NCBI GenBank assembly: GCA_021790235.1
Contig: JAJYID010000003.1
Location: 20,038-84,037 of the forward strand
Direction of reading: 5' to 3'
Length of the DNA: 64,000 nt
Source of the DNA: a bacterium
GTDB taxonomy: Bacteria; Patescibacteriota; CPR2; UBA1875; JAJYID01
A program made the translations under genes and the position numbers. The notes under the pieces are model-generated. The model was not told the origin of the DNA, searched no databases, and was given only the letters and a program-made list of their open reading frames with translations. Position 1 is the stretch's first letter; every line of letters begins with the position of its first letter. Shown one piece after another: positions 30,643 to 39,736 of the stretch.

Positions 30643-31233
30643 TTACTTTCCTACTTCAAATCTGCAAAATCTTCTAATCTCTATTTTTTCGCCGATTTTA
30701 CCGATCGTTTCAGCTAGCAGCTCCTCGATGGTAATATCCGGATTTTTGACAAATGTCTGTTTCAGAAGACTGTTTTCGCTAAAAAACTTTTCTTTCTTGC
30801 CCTCCCAGATTTTATCAAGAATATCAGCCGGTTTCCCGTCTTTTTTTAGTTTCTCAAGTTCGATATCCTTTTCTTTTTCCAGAACTTTCGCCGGCACATC
30901 TTCCGGATACAGATATTCAGGGTTTGCAGCAGCGACATGCATAGCCACGTCTCGAGCAAATCTTTGAAAATCATCGCTTCTGGCCACAAAATCGGTTTCG
31001 CAAGTTACCTCTATTAGAACACCAATTTTGTTCCCATGTATATAAGAAGTAATAATTCCTTCTTTAGCTTCACGCTCGGCCCTTTTAGCCGCGGTCGCTG
31101 CGCCTTTTTTCCTTAATATTTCCACAGCTTTCTCAACGTCTCCTTTTGCTTCTTCGAGCGCATATTTACAATCCATCATGGGAGCACCGCAGATTTTTCT
31201 TAAATTTTGAACATCTTTTGCGCTAATTGCCAT
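30643..31233 (-). CDS. tsf: elongation factor Ts (short form)
   Basis: GAPMMDCK and CETDFVAR motifs. Confidence 0.96.
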   Translation of the reverse strand: MAISAKDVQNLRKICGAPMMDCKYALEEAKGDVEKAVEILRKKGAATAAKRAEREAKEGIITSYIHGNKIGVLIEVTCETDFVARSDDFQRFARDVAMHVAAANPEYLYPEDVPAKVLEKEKDIELEKLKKDGKPADILDKIWEGKKEKFFSENSLLKQTFVKNPDITIEELLAETIGKIGEKIEIRRFCRFEVGK

Positions 31234-31288
31234 TATCTTCCTCTATCCTATTAGTGACTCCAACTACAACACCGGAGCCTCATTAGTT

Positions 31289-32089
31289 TTATTTTTCCTT
31301 TTTTTCTTTGCTAAAAACTTCCTTATCCTTTTCCTCGACTTCTTCTGCTTCTATCCCCTCGTCTTTTTCTTTTTTGACTTTAATTTCATCCTTAACAGAT
31401 GTTTCTTCTTTTACTTTTACCGGAGCGGCCTGAATAATACCTGAAATGTATGAACATATTAATTTGACTGTTTTCACAGCGTCATCGTTTGCCGGGATAG
31501 GATAATCAACGATTTCTGGATTTACATTCGTATCAACAATTGCCACTATAGGAATTCCCATTTTCTTTGCTTCTTTGACAGCTGTCATCTCTTTGGAAAC
31601 ATCTATTACAAAAAGCACATCAGGTGTTCGAACTAAATCTATAATACCACCTAGGTTGTTTTCCAGTTTTTTTAACTCTTCCTCACCTTTGAGTTTTTCT
31701 TTTTTTGTCATTTCAGAACTTTCCTCAAGCTTTGTTTTAAGATCTTTCATATACTTAATTCTGGAAGCGATAGTCTGGAAGTTTGTAAGCATTCCCCCGA
31801 GCCATCTTTCACTAACATACGGCATACTGCATTTTTCCGCCTCTTCTTTTACAATTGCCTGGGCCTGTTTTTTTGTGCCAACAAATAGAACTTTACCACC
31901 TGCTGAAACAACCTGTTCTATAAATTTCTTTGCATCATTCAGCTTTCCAACTGTTTGAGCTAGATCAATAATATGAACTTTATTTTTTTGAGTAAAAATA
32001 TAAGGAGCCATCTTCGGATTCCATCGCTGGGTCTGGTGTCCGAAATGTGCTCCTGCTTCAAAAAGTTCTTGCATTGTAATTTCTGCCAT
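31289..32089 (-). CDS. rpsB: 30S ribosomal protein S2
   Basis: GAHFGHQ, RWLGGMLTNF and IPANDD motifs; charged C-terminal tail. Confidence 0.97.
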   Translation of the reverse strand: MAEITMQELFEAGAHFGHQTQRWNPKMAPYIFTQKNKVHIIDLAQTVGKLNDAKKFIEQVVSAGGKVLFVGTKKQAQAIVKEEAEKCSMPYVSERWLGGMLTNFQTIASRIKYMKDLKTKLEESSEMTKKEKLKGEEELKKLENNLGGIIDLVRTPDVLFVIDVSKEMTAVKEAKKMGIPIVAIVDTNVNPEIVDYPIPANDDAVKTVKLICSYISGIIQAAPVKVKEETSVKDEIKVKKEKDEGIEAEEVEEKDKEVFSKEKKEK

Positions 32090-32104
32090 ATATTTCTCCT
32101 TTTG

Positions 32105-32196
32105 CCTGACATATATGTCAGGACTCCTCCGCTCATGATTTAACTCGCCCGCAAGCCCTGATTCGGGAGGAATGCGCGCATCAAAAGCGTGTGTTT
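32105..32196 (-). ncRNA. S2 (rpsB/t44-like) leader RNA
   Basis: Minus strand ACACACGC-TTTTGAT...ATCATGA-GCGGAGG, the ACACAC...GGAGG frame of the rpsB leader, plus a CCTGACAT-AT-ATGTCAGG hairpin before the SD. Confidence 0.7.
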
Positions 32197-32272
32197 TTAG
32201 TTTTTATAAGCTTACTTAGTGTATCAGAACTAGATACTTTTTACAAGGGTTAATACTATTAATTTTAGATTT

Positions 32273-32437
32273 TTAGAGGCTTGTTAACTTATAAGCTCCC
32301 CAGATACCAAAAAGTCCCCCGATCACTGTAAAAAATATTGAGCTAAATGATAGTAGGTTTCCTCCCCATAAAAGCGGTACAAAGCCGCCTAATGCTGAAC
32401 CAACTAACATCCCAAGCATGATGGTTTTCTTTTCCAT
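32273..32437 (-). CDS. small two-TM membrane protein (54 aa, below the ORF-track cutoff)
   Basis: Hand translation MEKKTIMLGMLVGSALGGFVPLLWGGNLLSFSSIFFTVIGGLFGIWGAYKLTSL; glycine-rich TM pattern. Confidence 0.7.
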   Translation of the reverse strand: MEKKTIMLGMLVGSALGGFVPLLWGGNLLSFSSIFFTVIGGLFGIWGAYKLTSL

Positions 32438-32494
32438 GTTCGTCATCGTACACTAAAATTGCGCCAAAATAAATATGGATTTAAAAATAGATTC

Positions 32495-32570
32495 AAAAAA
32501 CCTGATAATATCAGGTATAAGTAATCTTCGTCTTTATTTGTCGGGTGGGTGCAAAAATTGCACCCACCCG
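32495..32570 (-). terminator. double hairpin downstream of 32590..33174
   Basis: CGGGTGGGTGCAA-ttt-TTGCACCCACCCG, then ACCTGATA-t-TATCAGGT-TTTTT. Confidence 0.7.
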
Positions 32571-32589
32571 TAACTCAGCATGGAATAGC

Positions 32590-33174
32590 TTACCTTTTGA
32601 GATCCTCAAACTTGACTAGTGTCTCCTGTATCATATCGCCATAAGAACTGATTTCTTTGTGAGTAATCGTAATGGGTTTCACAATGTCAGCTAAGATCTC
32701 TGCACGAAATATCGGATTCTCAAGAGGCATTGCCCGGAGACAATGTCCCAAGGTTAACATAACAATCCCAAAAATCGTGTGTATCGCCACAAATCTTGCA
32801 TGGTTATGATAAATTTCTGGGGCAATTTGACTTTGGAAGTTGATGATCGGATCATGATGAAAATCCCTCGACCAGTTTGCAAAGCCAAAACGCAGTATTG
32901 TGCGGAGGTCTTCTTCACCCTTATTAATCTGAATAAAATTCAGGAAAAGGGAAAGGCCTCTTACTTTTTCATCGGCTTCTTCTTGGGCAAGAAGCTCAAG
33001 AAGCGCTTCTACACTAAACGCCGTAAGTTCCCCACCACCATAAGTCAACTCATTTTGCAGTTGATTTTCAAGGATACTACCATCTCCGCTTGGGTAAAAG
33101 ATCTCAACAAGTGGTGGGATAATTTCCTGATTGACTAGCTTCACAGCCGGCGTAAATTGAAACCTGCGGTTCAT
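32590..33174 (-). CDS. hypothetical protein
   Basis: Start MNRRFQ after SD GGAGG; own extended -10 (TGtTATAAT) and terminators; no recognisable motif. Confidence 0.65.
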   Translation of the reverse strand: MNRRFQFTPAVKLVNQEIIPPLVEIFYPSGDGSILENQLQNELTYGGGELTAFSVEALLELLAQEEADEKVRGLSLFLNFIQINKGEEDLRTILRFGFANWSRDFHHDPIINFQSQIAPEIYHNHARFVAIHTIFGIVMLTLGHCLRAMPLENPIFRAEILADIVKPITITHKEISSYGDMIQETLVKFEDLKR

Positions 33175-33417
33175 AGCTTGCCTCCAATGACTGGGTTTGT
33201 AAAGAACATGCCAATAAATCAGCAAGAATATTATAACATAAAAGTTACAAAATTGAATGAAATAAAGGCAAAATATCATGATTTTTTCTCAAAACAAACT
33301 TATCCTTGTTAATGACAGGGAAATCTGATATAATTGTTCAGAAATTTGAATAGTTACTGGTTCCTCCTGAAAAAGACTCTTCAGTAAGACAGGAAGTTCC
33401 AGAATAACAGGAGAAAA

Positions 33418-33777
33418 ATGAAAAAGAATATTCATCCTGAATACAAAAAAGCGCGTGTTACCTGCGGTTGCGGAAACGTTATAGAAACCATGAATACAGT
33501 GGGTGATTTGACAGTGGAAATCTGTAGTGCATGCCATCCTTTCTTTACCGGTAAACAAAAATTAGTTGATACTGCCGGCCGAGTTGATAAGTTTAAAGCA
33601 AAAATGGAAGCTGCTGAAAAGTTAAAGGCTGCTCAACAACCGAAGACAAAGAAAGAGAAAAAGTCGGTAGACACAACAAAACTCGATAAGAAAATGGAAG
33701 ACATCAAGGAAGAACTCACTGAAGAAACCATCGAAATTAAATCCGAAAAAGAAGACAATATTCAAACTGAAAATTAA
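33418..33777 (+). CDS. rpmE: 50S ribosomal protein L31 (zinc-binding type) with charged C-terminal extension
   Basis: [13 protein letters not shown] and [13 protein letters not shown] motifs. Confidence 0.96.
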   Translation: MKKNIHPEYKKARVTCGCGNVIETMNTVGDLTVEICSACHPFFTGKQKLVDTAGRVDKFKAKMEAAEKLKAAQQPKTKKEKKSVDTTKLDKKMEDIKEELTEETIEIKSEKEDNIQTEN

Positions 33778-33872
33778 ATATTTGGAAATGTAGCGCTGTT
33801 TTGATATCTCAAGACACGCTATAATTGTTTTTGGTTACAATTCGAAAATAAGTTTACATTAAACAAAGCGAA

Positions 33873-34943
33873 ATGTTAGAAAAATACGATTCATACAAAA
33901 AAGAATTTGCACATCTGGAAAAAGAACTCTCCTCACCGGATATTGTTTCTAATCCTAAAAAACTAAAGGAAATTTCAAAAAGGCATGGCGAGCTGAAGGA
34001 AGTGATTGTCGCCTTTGAGAAAGTCCAAAGTCTGGAAGATGACATTAGAGCTTCCCGTATCATGGTTGAAAAAGAAGATAACCAGGAAATGCGGAATTTT
34101 TTCGCTGATGAGATTATTGGCACTGAAGGCCATCTGGAAAAAGCTAAAAAAGAGCTGGAAACCTTACTTATACCAAAGGATTCGAATGATGAAAAAAATG
34201 TGATTTTAGAAATCCGAGCAGGAACCGGCGGAGATGAAGCGGCTCTTTTTGCCGGAGATCTTTTTAGAATGTATTCACGATATGCTGAGAGTCGGGGTTG
34301 GAAGATTTCTATGATGTCCTCAAATGTTACGGGAATCGAAGGCATTAAAGAAATGACCGCTAAAATTTCAGGCAACGATGTTTATAAATATTTAAAGTTT
34401 GAAAGTGGTGTCCATAGAGTTCAGAGAGTGCCGGAAACAGAATCTCAAGGGCGAATACACACTTCGGCTGCAACTGTAGCCGTTATGCCTGAAGCGGAAG
34501 AAGTAGATATTGAAATAGCTCCAGGCGATATTCGCGTAGATGTTTTCCGCTCATCAGGACCCGGCGGTCAAAGCGTAAATACTACGGATTCAGCGGTGAG
34601 AATTACACATATTCCAAGCGGAATGGTAGTTTCATGCCAAGACGAGAAATCTCAGCTGAAAAATAAGGATAAAGCCATGAATATTTTAAGATCCCGCCTT
34701 CTCGCTCAAAAACAAGATGAAGAAGCAAGAAAAAGAAGTGACTTACGCAAATCTCAGATCGGTTCCGGTGATCGCAGTGAGAAAATCCGCACTTACAACT
34801 ATCCCCAAGATCGTGTCACTGATCACAGAATTGGATTTACCGTTCATAATCTCCCGGAAATTATGAACGGTAAACTTGATGATATTATTGATGCTCTTCA
34901 AAAAACTTCACAAGAAAAAGCTCTGGAAAATCTAGAAAAATAA
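33873..34943 (+). CDS. prfA: peptide chain release factor 1
   Basis: GTGGDEA, HRVQRVPET (PxT), GPGGQ and RSEKIRTYN motifs. Confidence 0.96.
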   Translation: MLEKYDSYKKEFAHLEKELSSPDIVSNPKKLKEISKRHGELKEVIVAFEKVQSLEDDIRASRIMVEKEDNQEMRNFFADEIIGTEGHLEKAKKELETLLIPKDSNDEKNVILEIRAGTGGDEAALFAGDLFRMYSRYAESRGWKISMMSSNVTGIEGIKEMTAKISGNDVYKYLKFESGVHRVQRVPETESQGRIHTSAATVAVMPEAEEVDIEIAPGDIRVDVFRSSGPGGQSVNTTDSAVRITHIPSGMVVSCQDEKSQLKNKDKAMNILRSRLLAQKQDEEARKRSDLRKSQIGSGDRSEKIRTYNYPQDRVTDHRIGFTVHNLPEIMNGKLDDIIDALQKTSQEKALENLEK

Positions 34944-35097
34944 TCTTTCAAAGGATGAAGTCAGAAACTTTGTTCTGCAAAATTTATTGAGACATAAAAA
35001 GAAGAAATTTCTCAGCTCACCTGTTGTATAAGACTTCAGATAGTATCAGTCGGGATGATGATCTATAATTGTCCTTCATATTCATATCGTAAGTGCC

Positions 35098-35126
35098 TTT
35101 ACAACTTATTTTTTTTCAGTTAAGCT
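35098..35126 (+). promoter_or_regulatory. sigma70-like promoter for the dUTPase-deaminase fusion
   Basis: TTTACA-17 nt-TAAGCT, followed by a hairpin and boxA-like GCTCTTTTTAAAA. Confidence 0.45.
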
Positions 35127-35217
35127 ATTTCTATATTACACATTTTGCGAGGGTATTTATTACCCTTTTTTTGCAACGCTCTTTTTAAAATTAAATCATG
35201 GAACAAAGGAGAATTTT

Positions 35218-36309
35218 ATGTCAGGCAAAATATCTTCTATCAAAGTTGCACCAATGCCAGGAGTATTAAACCCGGAGGAAATAATTCCTGAGAGGAGAAG
35301 CGACGGAGCTGTCGGATACGATCTAAAAGCAATCCGACATTTGAAAATGGACAAATCAAGAGAACCGATTTCTGATAGTTTCCCAGTTACGATAGAACCT
35401 GGAGGAAAGGCACTTTTCGGACCCGGTTTTGCGATGTCAATTCCTGAGGGTTATGAAGGCCAGATCAGGCCAAGAAGTGGTATGTCAATGAATGACATTG
35501 TGCTTGCAAATCAGGTCGGCACAATTGACCCCGACTATCGAGGTGAAGTCGGCGTCTGCCTGCGTAACGACAGTGAAAAAGCATTTGTTGTGAATCAGGG
35601 TGATTCAATCGCTCAACTCCTCATTACTGAGGTCCAGTTACCGGGAATGCACCTTGTTGAGTCAGTAGAAGATCTCCCCGAGACAAAAAGAGGTACAGGC
35701 GGTTTCGGTTCAACCGGCATGAGCGGTGCCGGCCACGGAACAGCTACCTACAAGGCTCAAATCCATAATATCGACTGCTATCTGATGGGAATTGCCATCT
35801 CGACCTCTGCTCTTTCAGATTGTGTTAGAGGGTGTAAGTTAAATCCCGATGGTACTACGAAGCGAGATGACTTTGGCATTCTTGTTGGCCAAACGCGCAG
35901 GTTCGGTGCCGTTTTTGCCAGAGGAGCACGCGTTCTCTCAACTGGATTTAACCATCAGGTAAAAGGCCAGAGTCGCTGTGCTGAGGTTGGATGTCTCAGG
36001 GATGCAGAAAAAATCCCTTCGGGACATCGCCTCGAAAGATGCCGAGCCATTCACGCTGAAGAAGATGCGATCATGACCGCGGGTTATAACGGTATCTCAC
36101 TCAAAGGCAGTACTTTATACGTGAACGCTGAACCCTGCCAAATGTGTTCAAAAAGCATCGCCTCACTCAGCCTGAAGGCAGTTGTTATTCTCAGCAACTC
36201 CTATCCCGAGTCTGGCGTCGACATCATAGAAAATGCTGATATCCAGGTTAGGACTATCAGCATGAATGATGTCCGCCGTTTCCAAGGGATAGCAGATCTT
36301 ATAAGTTAA
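35218..36309 (+). CDS. dut: trimeric dUTPase fused to a dCMP/cytidine deaminase domain
   Basis: All five dUTPase motifs (AVGYDL, RPRSG, GTIDPDYRGEV, IAQLL, RGTGGFGSTG), then zinc deaminase motifs HAEED and PCQMC. Confidence 0.88.
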   Translation: MSGKISSIKVAPMPGVLNPEEIIPERRSDGAVGYDLKAIRHLKMDKSREPISDSFPVTIEPGGKALFGPGFAMSIPEGYEGQIRPRSGMSMNDIVLANQVGTIDPDYRGEVGVCLRNDSEKAFVVNQGDSIAQLLITEVQLPGMHLVESVEDLPETKRGTGGFGSTGMSGAGHGTATYKAQIHNIDCYLMGIAISTSALSDCVRGCKLNPDGTTKRDDFGILVGQTRRFGAVFARGARVLSTGFNHQVKGQSRCAEVGCLRDAEKIPSGHRLERCRAIHAEEDAIMTAGYNGISLKGSTLYVNAEPCQMCSKSIASLSLKAVVILSNSYPESGVDIIENADIQVRTISMNDVRRFQGIADLIS

Positions 36310-36326
36310 TACGTTCCATGCAGAAT

Positions 36327-36362
36327 AAATGCGGGGTCATAGCGGTCCCGCATTTCTTTTTC
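36327..36362 (+). terminator. intrinsic terminator after the dut fusion
   Basis: AAATGCGGG...CCCGCATTT followed by CTTTTT. Confidence 0.7.
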
Positions 36363-36514
36363 TATAAACTTGTAAAGAGACGAGAGTTAGTTTCAGGAAT
36401 ACAGTCTTCATAATAAGGTTTCACCTCCTTAATTGCTTAGCCCACATTCCTTACTTAATATCAGTTTAAATTAAAATTATTCTTATACAAAGATGCTTCT
36501 TTTCAATCAGGGAA

Positions 36515-37699
36515 TTATCTTGTAATCATTTTCCTGAAAAGCGGTACAGCTATAGCCAAAGTTACCGCACCGAAAACCGTGAGAATAATCAACTCGTTCA
36601 TCACCGATGACACCCCTGCACCCAGAATAATGACTTTCCGAAGAGCTTCAATAGCATAAGTTAAGGGTAATACATGCGCTATATCTTGCATAATTTGCGG
36701 CATTTGCTGTGTCGGGAAAAAAGCACCGGAGAGAAAAAGCATCGGGAATTGAAACATAAAAAGCAGCTGAGTAGCCGTTTCCTGCTCGGCGGCAGAAGCG
36801 CTGACAAGAATCCCAAGTCCGACAAAGGAAAATATCCCAAGCAATAGTAAGAGCGCCACAAGCAGGATACTCCCATTAATAGTCACACCGAATAAAAATA
36901 TTGCCAGAAGAAGAACTATCGCACCCTGGGCCAGACCGCGGATAGACTGCGACATGGCTTTCCCTAGGATTATTGCCAATCGGCTAATCGGAGAAATCAA
37001 GATTCCATCCAAAGTCCCCTGTTCTCTTTCTCTGGAAACTGATGCTGCAAGTCCGGTGAGTACCGCAGTCATCACAACCATTGCCATGATACCAGGGGCG
37101 ACAAATTCAAAGTAATTGGTCGAGCCGGGTAAGATACCTTCAAGCTTAGATGTGATAGGAGTTATCAATACGCCGGCATTCGGTCCTCTGGCTCCGGTTT
37201 TCGCTACCAAAACACCTACCTTTTGTTTACCTATCTCTTGGCCGAAGCCCTGAACAACATTAGTAAGCGTTTGTGTTGCTATACCTGAGATCTGGGGGTT
37301 AGATTGATCTTCCACTATGGTTACCTGCGCTTGTTTATTTATACTGATATCTCTAGAAAAATCCGCTGGTATATAAATACCGCCGTTAATTTCTTGCTTT
37401 TTAATTCCATCTTTGATCGCATTGATTGAAGAATAAGTTTTTGTGGCAAATGCCTTATTACCACTTGTAATCTCCAAGTTTTTAATCACATCAAGAAGCT
37501 GATTACCTGTAGTACCGTTCTGATTGACTACCCCAATTGGAACATTTTTTATCGAGTTTTGACTGGGGAAAATAAAACCAGTTAGCACCATCATGAAAAT
37601 AGGCATGATAATAAAAGTAATCAGACGAATTCTGTCTCGAGCAAACTCGAGAAGGTCTTTTTTAGTTATTTGCCATAAATCACTTAAAACATGCTTCAT
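36515..37699 (-). CDS. ABC-2 type exporter permease
   Basis: REREQGTL, FLSGAFFP and PLTYAIEALR motifs. Confidence 0.9.
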   Translation of the reverse strand: MKHVLSDLWQITKKDLLEFARDRIRLITFIIMPIFMMVLTGFIFPSQNSIKNVPIGVVNQNGTTGNQLLDVIKNLEITSGNKAFATKTYSSINAIKDGIKKQEINGGIYIPADFSRDISINKQAQVTIVEDQSNPQISGIATQTLTNVVQGFGQEIGKQKVGVLVAKTGARGPNAGVLITPITSKLEGILPGSTNYFEFVAPGIMAMVVMTAVLTGLAASVSREREQGTLDGILISPISRLAIILGKAMSQSIRGLAQGAIVLLLAIFLFGVTINGSILLVALLLLLGIFSFVGLGILVSASAAEQETATQLLFMFQFPMLFLSGAFFPTQQMPQIMQDIAHVLPLTYAIEALRKVIILGAGVSSVMNELIILTVFGAVTLAIAVPLFRKMITR

Positions 37700-37702
37700 T
37701 TT

Positions 37703-38524
37703 TTACCTCACTCTATTTTCACCCCCGCCTCTCCATGGCGGGCCGCCGGCTCTTTTCGCTTTTCCTCTTTTGTCGCGGATATCAAGCCCTGTCACCTGTA
37801 GGAATACATCCTCAAGTGTCGGGTTTTTCTTGTTCTCTACTTTCTTTTTTAGATTTTCAACTGTATCAAGCGCCTGAATCTTTCCATGATCAATAATGGC
37901 TACCCTATCTGATAATGCCTCCGCCTCAATCATATCATGTGTAGTTAAAATTATAGTAATCCCTTTTTTATTGAGTTCCTGAATAAAAGTTCTGATCATA
38001 AAAGTAGTCTGAGGATCAAGACCAAGCGTTGGTTCGTCAAGAAATAGAATATCCGGCTCAGTCAGAAGCGCCCGAACAATATTGATCCTTTGTTTCATAC
38101 CGGTTGAATAAGTGCTTGCCTGCGCATCCTTCCATTCTTCCATACCAAGACGTTCAATCCACCTTTCAGATCTTTTTTTGATTTCATCTTTAGATAAATG
38201 GTTGAGTTTGCCAAAAAACTCCAGATTTTCCATAGCACTAAGATGATTGTAAAGAATAATTTTTTCTGCTACCAGTCCAATCCTCTTTCTCACCTCATTT
38301 TGATCTTTTTTAATATCATGACCCTCCACCATAGCTGTCCCTGAAGTTGGCGTAAGCAGAGTTGTCAGCATGCGGATTGTTGTAGATTTTCCGGCGCCAT
38401 TCGGCCCCAGAAAGCCAAAAATTTCACCTTTTTTTACATCAAAGGAAATCGAGTCTACCGCAGTAAATTTTTTGAATTTTTTAGTAAGTTTTTTTACTTC
38501 AATTGTATTTTCTGTTTTCGTCAT
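37703..38524 (-). CDS. ABC exporter ATP-binding protein (DrrA-like)
   Basis: GPNGAGKST, YSTGMKQR, LDEPT and TTHDM motifs. Confidence 0.92.
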   Translation of the reverse strand: MTKTENTIEVKKLTKKFKKFTAVDSISFDVKKGEIFGFLGPNGAGKSTTIRMLTTLLTPTSGTAMVEGHDIKKDQNEVRKRIGLVAEKIILYNHLSAMENLEFFGKLNHLSKDEIKKRSERWIERLGMEEWKDAQASTYSTGMKQRINIVRALLTEPDILFLDEPTLGLDPQTTFMIRTFIQELNKKGITIILTTHDMIEAEALSDRVAIIDHGKIQALDTVENLKKKVENKKNPTLEDVFLQVTGLDIRDKRGKAKRAGGPPWRGGGENRVR

Positions 38525-38569
38525 TTCTAAATTATTTTAAATTTTCTTGAGCAAAGTTTCAATGTTTTT

Positions 38570-38800
38570 TTAACTTTCTTCAATAATCTTTGAAATTTCC
38601 TGATGTCTTTTCTCAAGCTCTTCAGAAAACTGTTTAAAACTCGACAGCTTGGTTAGGAAAAGCCCTTTTCCATGCACCCCAAAAACAAGCATTTTCTCGC
38701 CTTTTTCTAACCCTAATGCTTCACGAGCTTCAGCCGGCACCACTATTTGCCCGCGTTCGCCCATCGTTGTAGACCCGTAAAATTTTCTCTTCATTTTCAC
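38570..38800 (-). CDS. AbrB/MazE/SpoVT-family transcriptional regulator
   Basis: TMGERGQIVVPAEAREALGLEKGE swapped-hairpin motif. Confidence 0.88.
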   Translation of the reverse strand: MKMKRKFYGSTTMGERGQIVVPAEAREALGLEKGEKMLVFGVHGKGLFLTKLSSFKQFSEELEKRHQEISKIIEES

Positions 38801-38803
38801 ACT

Positions 38804-38852
38804 CCTATCATACTTCTCAGATAAGTATGATAGGCTAACACAGCAATGTCAA
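38804..38852 (-). promoter_or_regulatory. promoter overlapped by a 12-bp inverted-repeat operator
   Basis: TTGACA-17-CATACT on the minus strand. IR CCTATCATACTT-N7-AAGTATGATAGG (38804-38834) covers the -10 and reaches the SD. Confidence 0.6.
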
Positions 38853-38975
38853 GATTTTTATTTTTTCGTTATTTATAATTACGATTGCTCCTTCGCTTGC
38901 AAGTTTGAGAGTGATTGCCTCACCAATTCCTCTAGATGAGCCTGTTATAAGGGCTATTTTATCCTTCAATTTCAT
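38835..38975 (-). pseudogene. truncated SDR/FabG-like oxidoreductase remnant
   Basis: MKLKDKIALITGSSRGIGEAITLKLASEGAIVIIN (TGxxxGIG), ending after 46 aa. Its ATG overlaps the stop of the MBL gene (TGATG). Confidence 0.75.
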
Positions 38976-39735
38976 CAAACCTCTATCTCCATTAAATCTT
39001 CGCCCACTACAATTTCCCCTTGATATTTTTCTTTCACCTCAGAAGCTAGATCAACTTTTTCCAGATTTGGATAGATGTGCGTCAGGATCACCTTCTTGAC
39101 ATTACTTTTTACTGCAACTTCACCAATTTCATAAGTGTTTAAGTGTGCCGGACTTCCATGATCTTTGTCGTATGAAGTATCGCAAATAAAGAGGTCTGCA
39201 TCTTTTGCTGCCCTTTCTAATCCTTCACATTTTGTACTATCACCAGAAAATGCAAACACTTTGCCATCATATTCAAATCTCAAAGCGTAGGCATGAGATG
39301 GTCTAAAAGCTTTATGCTCTACCTTGTAAGCTTTTGCAACAAGGTTGCTCAACTCCTCGCTTTTACCATATACTTTATATTTTATCTTGTCCCAGTCATA
39401 AAAAGCTGGGAGTTCATACACCTCTGACAATCTCTTCGTGAAACTCTCTATACCTTTGGGGCCAAAAATGGTTGGCAATTTTTCAAGTCCTTTTTCAAGG
39501 AAAATATCACTCAAGCGAAGATTCATCTGGAAAGCGAAAAGATCTCCCGAGTGATCTGGGTGGAAGTGGGTGAGAAAAACATAATCCATATCAAGCGGAC
39601 TGAGCCCTATCTGCGAAGCGCCCCCGGTCCGCAATCAATCAATATTTTTTTGCCATCTGCTTCAAGCAAATACGCCGGACCAGACCGTTTATCTGTGACG
39701 TAAAATGTTCCTGTCCCCAAAATAGTTATTTTCAT
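38975..39735 (-). pseudogene. RNase Z-like metallo-beta-lactamase fold hydrolase, frameshifted near 39620
   Basis: N-part MKITILGTGT...ILIDCGPGA (from 39735) and C-part THFHPDH, SGDS and LTHIY lie in different frames. Confidence 0.78.
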
Positions 39736-39736
39736 A

